The notes beneath the pieces are model-generated. The model was not told where the DNA came from. It did no database searches and saw nothing but the letters and a program-made list of their open reading frames with translations. Shown here one piece after another: positions 1 to 5,863 of a DNA stretch of 5,887 bases. Within the stretch, counting starts at the first letter, position 1, and each line of letters starts with the position of its first letter. The stretch is from Escherichia coli. Lineage in GTDB: Bacteria > Pseudomonadota > Gammaproteobacteria > Enterobacterales > Enterobacteriaceae. The translations under genes were made by a program, and so were the position numbers. The stretch lies in NCBI RefSeq assembly GCF_003334815.1, contig NZ_QOWO01000070.1; one strand, given 5' to 3'.

Positions 1-95
1 ATCGACGATTGCTGGAAAGGCTGGGCCATACTCCTCCGGCAGAAGCAGAAAAAGCTTATTATGCTTCCATCGGAAACAATGATCTGGCAGCCTGA
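1..95 (+). CDS. C-terminal 31 codons of IS3-family transposase OrfB (partial; 5' end outside window)
   Basis: Reading from base 3 gives RRLLERLGHTPPAEAEKAYYASIGNNDLAA then TGA at 93..95. This is the same as the C-terminus of the 290-aa ORF at 3770..4642 except for one D to N change. Confidence 0.8.
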   Translation, partial: RRLLERLGHTPPAEAEKAYYASIGNNDLAA

Positions 96-112
96 GTTCA
101 CAGATAAAACAC

Positions 113-137
113 TCTCCAGGAAACCCGGGGCGGTTCA
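113..137. repeat. Terminal inverted repeat (IRR) of IS629-like copy 1, about 25 bp
   Basis: The reverse complement of the terminus, TGAACCGCCCCGGGTTTCCTGGAGA, matches the IRL at 5811 (TGAACCGCCCCGGGAATCCTGGAGA) at 23 of 25 positions. Exact IR length is approximate. Confidence 0.65.
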
Positions 138-145
138 CTTCCCAA

Positions 146-179
146 CCATAATATTTCTGTCATTTCTGCCCCCTATTAT
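146..179 (+). promoter_or_regulatory. Putative promoter of the phytase-like gene: a perfect Pho-box half-site CTGTCAT (157..163), a 10-bp spacer, and a -10-like TATTAT (174..179)
   Basis: CTGTCAT is the 7-bp PhoB half-site consensus, and its spacing to the -10 resembles PhoB-dependent promoters. The distal half-site (146..152, CCATAAT) is weak, and no canonical -35 is present. Confidence 0.25.
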
Positions 180-226
180 GACGTTGTTTTTACTTCTGAG
201 CGATAACAACGAAAAGAGACAATGAC

Positions 227-1570
227 ATGCACAACTCCAAAATCCGACAAGCTGTACTGGTTGGATGCATGACGCTGAGCGCTAACCTGTGGGCCGAAGC
301 GCAGCCGGTGCAGGCAACGCTGGCTGGGCATGCACTGTTGCCAGTAACATCCGCCGTTTCAACTCCGAAGGATGCGCCGAGCGATCTGCAACAGAGCGGC
401 AAATACACCAGCGGCAAACGCGTCACCGAGCTGGGCAGCGTGGCGGGCAAATCCGCAGATCGTCTGACTGGACTCGGCCTGCCGATCAACGGTCAGCCGT
501 TGCAGGGCCACTCAGGTATCAAACACATGCCCGACGGTACCTACTGGGTGCTGACTGACAACGGCTTCGGCAGCAAAGCCAACTCCCCGGACGCCATGTT
601 GTACCTCAACCACTACAAAATCGACTTCAAAGACGGCACGGTAGTACCGCTGAAGACGCTTTTCCTGCATGATCCGGATAAGAAGGTACCGTTCCACATC
701 ATCAACGAGAGTACCGAACAGCGCTATCTGACCGGCAGCGATTTTGATCCCGAAAGCTTCCAGTTTTCCGACAATGCCTTATGGATCGGTGATGAGTTCG
801 GTCCTTACCTGATCAAGACCGACCTGAACGGCAAGGTGCTGGCGGTGTTCGATACTGAAGTGGATGGAAAGGTGATTAAATCGCCGGACAACCCGACGCT
901 GACCCTACCTGGCGCGCCGGACGGCAAGCAGAATTTCCAGGTTGCGCGTTCCAAAGGCTTTGAAGGCATGGCCATCTCGCCGGACGGCAGTAAGCTGTAT
1001 CCGCTGTTGGAAGGGGCATTGTGGGACGGTGAGCAGTTCGAGAACGTTGGCGGAAAACGCTACCTGCGTATGCTGGAGTTCGACGTCAAACAGCAGGTCT
1101 GGACTGGTCGCAGCTGGCAGTACGTGCTGGAAGACAACCAGAACGCCATCGGCGACTTCAATATGATCGATGACACCCACGGGCTGGTGATCGAGCGCGA
1201 CAACGGCGAAGGCACTACGGATAAAGCCTGCGTCGTCGGTGCGCCGACCAACAACTGTTTCAGTCAAGTAGCCAAGTTCAAACGAGTGTATAAAATCGCT
1301 TTCTCGGACACTAACGTCGGTAAACCTGTCGAAAAACTGAGCTATATCGACCTGATGAATATTCAGGATCCGAACAAGCTGGCACGCAAGCCGCTGAGTG
1401 ACGGTGTGCTGACCTTCCCGTTTGTCACCATCGAGAACGTGGATGTGGTTGACGCGAACCACATTATTGTAGGCAACGATAATAACTTCCCGTTTTCCTC
1501 CAGCCGCTGGCCTAATATGGCGGATGACAACGAGTTTATTCTACTTAATGTGAAGAATTTTCTGAAGTAG
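227..1570 (+). CDS. Sec-secreted phytase-like beta-propeller protein (esterase-like activity of phytase type family), 447 aa; function uncharacterised
   Basis: Long ORF with an N-terminal Sec signal peptide (hydrophobic core LVGCMTLSANLWA followed by EAQ) and a weak RBS (AAGAGA) 8 nt upstream. Repeated motifs (DNGFG, GDEFGP, FEGMAISPDG, ERDNGEG, GNDNNFPF) look like the phytase-like fold. The family call is from memory, not a search. Confidence 0.7.
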   Translation: MHNSKIRQAVLVGCMTLSANLWAEAQPVQATLAGHALLPVTSAVSTPKDAPSDLQQSGKYTSGKRVTELGSVAGKSADRLTGLGLPINGQPLQGHSGIKHMPDGTYWVLTDNGFGSKANSPDAMLYLNHYKIDFKDGTVVPLKTLFLHDPDKKVPFHIINESTEQRYLTGSDFDPESFQFSDNALWIGDEFGPYLIKTDLNGKVLAVFDTEVDGKVIKSPDNPTLTLPGAPDGKQNFQVARSKGFEGMAISPDGSKLYPLLEGALWDGEQFENVGGKRYLRMLEFDVKQQVWTGRSWQYVLEDNQNAIGDFNMIDDTHGLVIERDNGEGTTDKACVVGAPTNNCFSQVAKFKRVYKIAFSDTNVGKPVEKLSYIDLMNIQDPNKLARKPLSDGVLTFPFVTIENVDVVDANHIIVGNDNNFPFSSSRWPNMADDNEFILLNVKNFLK

Positions 1571-1792
1571 GGGGGAGATCATCTCATCGCTTACCTTAAA
1601 ACTATCATAAGGGTTTACTTCCCTTCAGCGGCGCACAAGGCGCAGGCTTCTGGCTTTCAGTCTTATCCAGGAGGAACATACTGAAAGGCCTGAGTAAACA
1701 TGAATAAAAGGAATATTATATAACAGATGATTCTAAACCACGCGACAAAGCGTTGAAGGAAGCCTGCGCGCAGCATGACGGGGCTTTACCAT

Positions 1793-1826
1793 AAAAAAAC
1801 GCAGGCTAACCGCGCCTGCGTTTTTT
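1793..1826. terminator. Bidirectional rho-independent terminator shared by the convergent phytase-like gene and phoX
   Basis: A perfect 8-bp GC-rich stem (ACGCAGGC at 1799..1806 pairing with GCCTGCGT at 1814..1821) with a 7-nt loop, flanked by an A7 run (1793..1799) and a T6 run (1821..1826). It lies 20 bp downstream of the phoX stop. Confidence 0.8.
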
Positions 1827-1845
1827 ATGACGGATGAAGCAGAAA

Positions 1846-3825
1846 TCAGGTGCCGATCATACCGCCGTCGGCTTTCACGATAACGACGGTTGAGGAACGC
1901 GGACGACTGGCCTTATCGCCGTCGGGCCAGCTTGATACTGCCGTCGGATGCTGCGGATCGCTCAGCCCTTCGGCTGGCTCGCCAGGGTGCTGGATGTTAA
2001 TAAACAGCGTCCGGTTATCCGGCGTGAACGCGATGCCGGTGATTTCGCAGCCACGCGGGCCGGTCAGGAAGCGGCGAAACTCGTTGGTACCGGGGATCGT
2101 CGCCACCATCTGGTTGTTGCCCATGCCTTCGTAATCTTTACGGTTGATGGTTGATGACGACACGTCGGTCTGGATCCACAGCACGCCGCGGTGATCGAAG
2201 CTCAGGCCGTCGGCGCTGCCGAATTCCGCGCCCTTCATGCTACCTTTGGCTTCCGGTTTGTCAGTATCGGTGCGACCGCCCATCACCAGAATATCCCAGG
2301 CGAACTGCAGCGCGGTCGGGTCGCCGTTCTGCTCCAGCCAGTGAATGATGTGACCGTAAACGTTTTTGCCGCGCGGGTTGGCCGCATCCACCGGCGCTTT
2401 GCCTTCCTTACCGCGATCGCTGTTGTTGGTGAGCGTGCAGTAAACGCTGCCTGTGTGGTATGGATCAACCGCAATCCACTCCGGGCGGTCCATTTTGGTG
2501 GCGCCCACGGCGTCTGCCGCCAGACGGGTTTTAATCAGCAGGTCGCCCTGGTTTTCAAAGCCTTTGCTGGCGTCAAGCCCGTTTTGGCCGAACACCAGCG
2601 GTAGCCACTCGCCTTTGCCGTCATCGTTAAATTTCGCCACATACAGCGTGCCTTTCTCCAGCAGGCGCATGTTGGCTTTGCGATCCCGCGGGTTGAATTT
2701 GCCTTCCGAGACAAATTTATAGATGTATTCGAATTTCTGGTCATCGCCCATATAAACCACAACGCGGTTATCCGGGGCGAGCGTCACCGCCGCGCCTTCG
2801 TGCTTGATGCGGCCAAGCGCGGTGTGCTTGCGCGGCACTGAATGCGGATCGTATGGATCGATTTCCACCACCCAGCCGAAGCGGTTCGGCTCGTTCGGCG
2901 TGACGTCAACGCTGAAACGCTTATCCACTTCGTTCCAGCGGTAAGAGCCGTCGCTGTCGCTGATGCCGTAACGTTTTTCCAGCGGGTTCATCTCCGCTTT
3001 TTTCACGAAAATATCGGACCAGTTCTCTTCGCACGTCAGATAGGTGCCCCACGGCGTAAAACCGTTGGCGCAGTTCTGCATGGTGCCGAGAATGGTTTCG
3101 CCTTTCGGATCGTCAGCCGTTTGCATCAGCGGGTTATGCAGCGCCGGGCCGGTGATTTTCATCGGCGTGTTAACGGTGATGCGGCGCGCGAAAGATGACG
3201 GGCGCACCACTTCCCAGCCCTGGGCCGCTTTTTTTACTTCAATGACCGACACGCCCATTGCGTTCTGTCCTTTCAGCGCTTTATCAGCGCTCCAGTTGGC
3301 ATCGCCATCTTTAAACAGCAGACCGTTATCGATGTATTCATGGTTCATGGCGAGCAGGCCGTGATCGACGCTGTGCCCGCCCTGCGGCAGGCTAAACCAC
3401 GCCATACCGTCGTGGTGCATCCCGGCCTGCGCCGCCTGCTCTTCCGTGGTGTTGCTGCCGTCGGTTTTAAAAACCGGCTGATTCCCGGCAAGCCCGGTGG
3501 CGTCGCCCCATTTGTATAAGGGCTTCGCGATGTAGCCTTCCGGCACGATAACGGTATCTTCCGTGGAAACCGGCAGACTGGTGAAACCGAGCGCCGTCGC
3601 TTTGCCGAGGTTACCGCTTACGCTGGAGACCGCTTTCGCCAGCGCGTTTTCCGGTTTCAGCAGAAACGGGAACGTTGCCGCGGCACCGGCGACCGCGCCT
3701 GTCTGTAACAGGCGGCGGCGCGACAAATAGACTTCCGCCACCTGCGAAAACGCGCGGTTATCACTCGGGTTGCTGGTCTCTTCACTATGCTCACGTTTGA
3801 ATAAAGTTTTTAACGATCTGCCCAT
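1846..3825 (-). CDS. phoX: PhoX-family alkaline phosphatase/phosphodiesterase, Tat-exported, 659 aa
   Basis: N-terminal twin-arginine motif LSRRRLLQTGAVAGAAATFPFL followed by an AxA-type cleavage region (ALAKA). Size and beta-propeller-like composition are typical of PhoX, including a WGTYLTCEENW motif. An RBS (AAGGAAA) lies about 8 nt upstream of the ATG at 3825. Confidence 0.8.
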   Translation of the reverse strand: MGRSLKTLFKREHSEETSNPSDNRAFSQVAEVYLSRRRLLQTGAVAGAAATFPFLLKPENALAKAVSSVSGNLGKATALGFTSLPVSTEDTVIVPEGYIAKPLYKWGDATGLAGNQPVFKTDGSNTTEEQAAQAGMHHDGMAWFSLPQGGHSVDHGLLAMNHEYIDNGLLFKDGDANWSADKALKGQNAMGVSVIEVKKAAQGWEVVRPSSFARRITVNTPMKITGPALHNPLMQTADDPKGETILGTMQNCANGFTPWGTYLTCEENWSDIFVKKAEMNPLEKRYGISDSDGSYRWNEVDKRFSVDVTPNEPNRFGWVVEIDPYDPHSVPRKHTALGRIKHEGAAVTLAPDNRVVVYMGDDQKFEYIYKFVSEGKFNPRDRKANMRLLEKGTLYVAKFNDDGKGEWLPLVFGQNGLDASKGFENQGDLLIKTRLAADAVGATKMDRPEWIAVDPYHTGSVYCTLTNNSDRGKEGKAPVDAANPRGKNVYGHIIHWLEQNGDPTALQFAWDILVMGGRTDTDKPEAKGSMKGAEFGSADGLSFDHRGVLWIQTDVSSSTINRKDYEGMGNNQMVATIPGTNEFRRFLTGPRGCEITGIAFTPDNRTLFINIQHPGEPAEGLSDPQHPTAVSSWPDGDKASRPRSSTVVIVKADGGMIGT

Positions 3826-4642
3826 TGCGGTTTCCTTTCAAAAAATCGATTTCAAGGGGAATCATTTTTATGCACGTGAGTCTACGGAAAGTATGTTACA
3901 GAAATATAATGAGATACAGCGCGTATACGATGAAAATCATCAGGTGTACGGTGTGCGTAAAGTCTGGCATCAGTTGTTACGGGAAGGAATCAGGGTGGCC
4001 AGATGTACAGTGGCGCGCCTCATGGCGGTTATGGAACTTGCCGGTGTTCTCCGGGGTAAAAAGGTCCGCACAACCGTCAGCCGGAAAGCCGTTGCCGCAG
4101 GCGACCGCGTAAACCGTCAGTTCGTGGCAGAACGTCCAGACCTGTTGTGGGTGGCTGATTTTACTTACGTCAGCACATGGCAGGGCTTTGTTTATGTGGC
4201 GTTCATCATTGATGTGTTTGCCGGATACATCGTGGGATGGCAGGTCTCATCGTCCATGGAAACGACATTCGTGCTGGATGCACTGGAGCAGGCGTTGTGG
4301 GCCCGTCGGCCGTCCGGCACAATTCATCACAGCGATAAAGGCACTCAGTATGTATCGCTGGCCTACACGCAGCGGCTTAAGGAAGCCGGATTACTGGCAT
4401 CAACAGGAAGTACTGGTGACTCGTATGACAACGCGATGGCGGAGAGCATCAATGGTCTTTACAAGGCGGAGGTAATACACCGTAAGAGCTGGAAAAACCG
4501 GACAGAAGTGGAGCAGGCCACACTCACGTGGGTGGACTGGTATAACAATCGACGATTGCTGGAAAGGCTGGGCCATACTCCCCCGGCAGAAGCAGAAAAA
4601 GCTTATTATGCTTCTATCGGAAACGATGATCTGGCAGCCTGA
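3770..4642 (+). CDS. IS3-family transposase OrfB (DDE integrase core), 5'-truncated fragment; the first 45 or so codons of this ORF are not IS-derived, so it is probably non-functional
   Basis: DDE-type motifs are present (WVADFTYV, HHSDKGTQYVS, AESINGLYKAEV) and the C-terminus LERLGHTPPAEAEKAYY is typical of IS3-family OrfB. There is no upstream orfA or frameshift window, and the ORF's 5' end overlaps the phoX start on the other strand. Confidence 0.8.
   Translation: MLVSSLCSRLNKVFNDLPIAVSFQKIDFKGNHFYARESTESMLQKYNEIQRVYDENHQVYGVRKVWHQLLREGIRVARCTVARLMAVMELAGVLRGKKVRTTVSRKAVAAGDRVNRQFVAERPDLLWVADFTYVSTWQGFVYVAFIIDVFAGYIVGWQVSSSMETTFVLDALEQALWARRPSGTIHHSDKGTQYVSLAYTQRLKEAGLLASTGSTGDSYDNAMAESINGLYKAEVIHRKSWKNRTEVEQATLTWVDWYNNRRLLERLGHTPPAEAEKAYYASIGNDDLAA
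3864..3901 (-). promoter_or_regulatory. Candidate phoX promoter: -10-like ATAAAAAT with a weak Pho-box-like CTGTAACATACTTTCCGT about 12 bp upstream (on the phoX-sense strand)
   Basis: Position and spacing relative to the phoX ATG are plausible. The proximal half-site matches the consensus poorly. The site lies at the junction with the truncated IS copy. Confidence 0.2.
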
Positions 4643-4684
4643 GTTCACAGATAAAACACTCTCCAGGAAACCCGGGGCGGTTCA
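3905..4684 (+). mobile_element. 5'-truncated IS3-family (IS629/IS1203-like) copy 2: the 3' roughly 60 percent of the element, with IRR but no IRL and no orfA
   Basis: Recognisable OrfB sequence starts around EIQRVYDENHQVYGVRKVW (about 3911) and runs to the terminus ...CGGTTCA at 4684. Upstream of about 3905 the DNA is the phoX 5' region. The left boundary is approximate, give or take about 15 bp. Confidence 0.8.
4660..4684. repeat. Terminal inverted repeat (IRR) of IS629-like copy 2
   Basis: Same terminus as 113..137. Similarity to 1..137 ends exactly after TTCA at 4684. Confidence 0.65.
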
Positions 4685-4705
4685 CAATTTTCTTCAACTG
4701 CAGGA

Positions 4706-4735
4706 CCTGACGGAAAACAAGTGATTTCCGTCAGG
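4706..4735. repeat. Perfect 11-bp inverted repeat (hairpin) CCTGACGGAAA / TTTCCGTCAGG with an 8-nt loop, 21 bp outside the IS629-like right end
   Basis: The two arms are exact reverse complements, read directly from the sequence. No U-run follows on either strand, so it is not a canonical intrinsic terminator. Confidence 0.6.
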
Positions 4736-4951
4736 GAGAAATCGCTTAGCGGGTGTTATCGCAGAAATTCCCACGGAGCCCCATCAACGCCAACCGGTGT
4801 ATATTTCATTTGTGGAGTCTCCAGTCTGAGGGAGCTTTATGCATCCCGTATTGGGCACTATGATGCCGGAAATCTGCGAGGCTCCACACCTGCCAGTTTC
4901 ACCCTTTTAACCATCATACTGCTCCGTGTTTAATTGTGTGGGATGCGTTCA

Positions 4952-5122
4952 TTACATTTTCACCATTTTGCCACTGCGGCCCCGGAAGACGAAGATATGC
5001 CCGGAGAACGGGTCATCTTTCAGCGTGTTCTGCACCTTCGAAGCTAGGCCGTTGAAGCCACAACGCATATCTGTGATGCCAGCGATGATCCAGATTCTGG
5101 TACCGGTCGGCAGCGTTATCAT
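4952..5122 (-). CDS. tnpB: IS66-family TnpB (orf2), truncated: 56 aa where about 115 aa is expected
   Basis: My own translation of the minus strand gives MITLPTGTRIWIIAGITDMRCGFNGLASKVQNTLKDDPFSGHIFVFRGRSGKMVKM then a stop, carrying the IS66 TnpB hallmarks (TDMR.GF.GL, DPFSGH.FVFRGR). Its ATG overlaps the upstream ORF's TGA as ATGA, the usual IS66 orf1/orf2 coupling. No frame continues the TnpB sequence beyond 4952. Confidence 0.7.
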   Translation of the reverse strand: MITLPTGTRIWIIAGITDMRCGFNGLASKVQNTLKDDPFSGHIFVFRGRSGKMVKM

Positions 5123-5796
5123 CGGATCCCCCCTTTCATTTCGCGAATGAGCACCCTAAGAAGTTCCGGAGTGAGAGGGGCAAACAGTTTTACCACACCT
5201 GATTTAAGATGCAGCTCACACTGTGGTGAGTCTACGGTAGTGTCACTCTGGCTTTCATCAGACTTATTTCGCCAGAAAGGATTTGTCACCGGTTTGACGG
5301 GGTCAGGAGTCTCAGTGATTGCCACCGGAACGGCCTGGCATTCCTGGAGATCCTCATCATTCAGCAAGCCCTCTTCATACAGTCTTTTCCAGTTAAACAA
5401 CAGATTGTCATTAATATTGTGCTCTCTGGCGATCCGTGCAACGACTGCACCAGGCTGTAATGCCTGTTTTACCAGCCTGATTTTAAATTCACGACTGTAG
5501 GAGGTTCGTCGTTCTTTTCGCCATGTGCTTTCGCTGATTTGAGGATCATCAGGTAATTCCTTCTTTCTGTTGGCATAAAGTATGGCATCGAGTTGGGCGA
5601 CTGAAAGTGATTCAGGTAATGGCCAGGTAATACCGGAGGCATTAAATCGTTGAAAGAGATTATGAATGGTGGAATGACTGAGACCTAACTGCAGGGCGAT
5701 AGCCCGGACAGATAATTGCTCGTCGAATCTTAGACGTAATGCGTCTGGCAAATAAGAGCGAAAGCCGGTGATATCTTTTGCTGTCTGAGAATTCAT
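5119..5796 (-). CDS. tnpA: IS66-family TnpA (orf1)-like HTH protein (C-terminal 130 aa or so) with an N-terminal 90 aa or so resembling an IS21-family IstA HTH; a possible in-frame chimera
   Basis: The C-terminal part (RRTSYSREFKIRLVKQALQPGAVVARIAREHNINDNLLFNWKRLYEEG ... ELHLKSGVVKLFAPLTPELLRVLIREMK) has the IS66 orf1 HTH and C-terminal pattern and is translationally coupled to tnpB. The N-terminal part (LSVRAIALQLGLSHSTIHNLFQRFNASGITWPLPESLSVAQLDAILY) resembles the IstA N-terminus with its WPLP motif. Both calls are from memory. Confidence 0.6.
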   Translation of the reverse strand: MNSQTAKDITGFRSYLPDALRLRFDEQLSVRAIALQLGLSHSTIHNLFQRFNASGITWPLPESLSVAQLDAILYANRKKELPDDPQISESTWRKERRTSYSREFKIRLVKQALQPGAVVARIAREHNINDNLLFNWKRLYEEGLLNDEDLQECQAVPVAITETPDPVKPVTNPFWRNKSDESQSDTTVDSPQCELHLKSGVVKLFAPLTPELLRVLIREMKGGIR

Positions 5797-5810
5797 CGTT
5801 CGTGTCCATC

Positions 5811-5835
5811 TGAACCGCCCCGGGAATCCTGGAGA
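5811..5835. repeat. Terminal inverted repeat (IRL) of IS629-like copy 3
   Basis: Matches the reverse complement of the right-end termini at 23 of 25 positions. Confidence 0.7.
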
Positions 5836-5863
5836 CTAAACTTCCTGAGAAAGAGGTAAACAG

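Larger units (their letters stand above)
1..137 (+). mobile_element. Right (3') end of an IS3-family element, IS629/IS1203-like, copy 1; the rest of the element lies upstream of the window
   Basis: Bases 1..137 match 4548..4684 (the end of the transposase ORF at 3770..4642 plus its downstream terminus) at 134/137 positions. The match stops after ...CCCGGGGCGGTTCA, which is the inverted complement of the IRL start TGAACCGCCCCGGG at 5811. Confidence 0.8.
4952..5810 (-). mobile_element. Composite IS remnant: IS66-family tnpA plus the 5' half of tnpB, preceded by an IS21-family istA 5' fragment; no intact ends found
   Basis: As for the two CDS above. There is no IS66 orf3 and no recognisable IS66 terminal repeat. 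The remnant is bounded by the IS629-like IRL at 5811 and by unassigned DNA below 4952. Confidence 0.5.

Noticed and set aside
905-1462. 185-aa minus-strand ORF and other ORFs (190..489 -, 289..558 +, 512..697 -, 942..1166 +, 1060..1254 -) overlapping the phytase-like gene
   Set aside because: They overlap a gene with a clear signal peptide and family motifs and have no independent features. Typical spurious frames.
1588-1594. CGCTTAC, the reverse complement of the GTAAGCG motif I recall at IS66-family termini
   Set aside because: An isolated 7-mer far from the IS66 remnant with no extended repeat similarity around it. Coincidence is most likely.
1669-1723. AGGAGG followed by a tiny ORF (MNKRNII) in the spacer between the phytase-like gene and the terminator
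   Set aside because: The spacing from the Shine-Dalgarno-like sequence to the ATG is about 25 nt, and the ORF is only 7 codons. No support for a real micro-gene.
2191-2604. 137-aa plus-strand ORF, and other antisense ORFs (1850..2134, 1948..2154, 2151..2348, 2453..2722, 2842..3198, 3044..3364 on plus; 2283..2474 and 2535..2762 on minus) inside phoX
   Set aside because: All lie inside the long GC-rich phoX coding region in other frames or antisense. Their translations are Arg/Ala/Ser-rich with no recognisable motifs or RBS, so they are open by chance.
3825-4648. Alternative-frame ORFs inside the IS transposase (3825..4112 +, 4188..4475 +, 4400..4648 -)
   Set aside because: The OrfB frame at 3770..4642 carries the DDE motifs; these are shadow frames with no recognisable content.
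4811-4850. A 9-mer (CTGGAGACT, on the minus strand) shared with the IS629-like inverted repeat
   Set aside because: Similarity does not extend beyond 9 bp, so it is not a fourth IS terminus.
4721-5150. ORFs 4721..4933 (+, 70 aa) and 4926..5150 (+, 74 aa) in the unassigned segment and antisense to tnpB
   Set aside because: No RBS and no recognisable motifs. The second is antisense to the IS66 tnpB remnant, and the first starts inside the hairpin. Kept only as part of the unassigned-segment finding.
5147-5500. 117-aa plus-strand ORF
   Set aside because: Entirely antisense to the IS66 TnpA-like ORF, with a serine-rich low-complexity translation.
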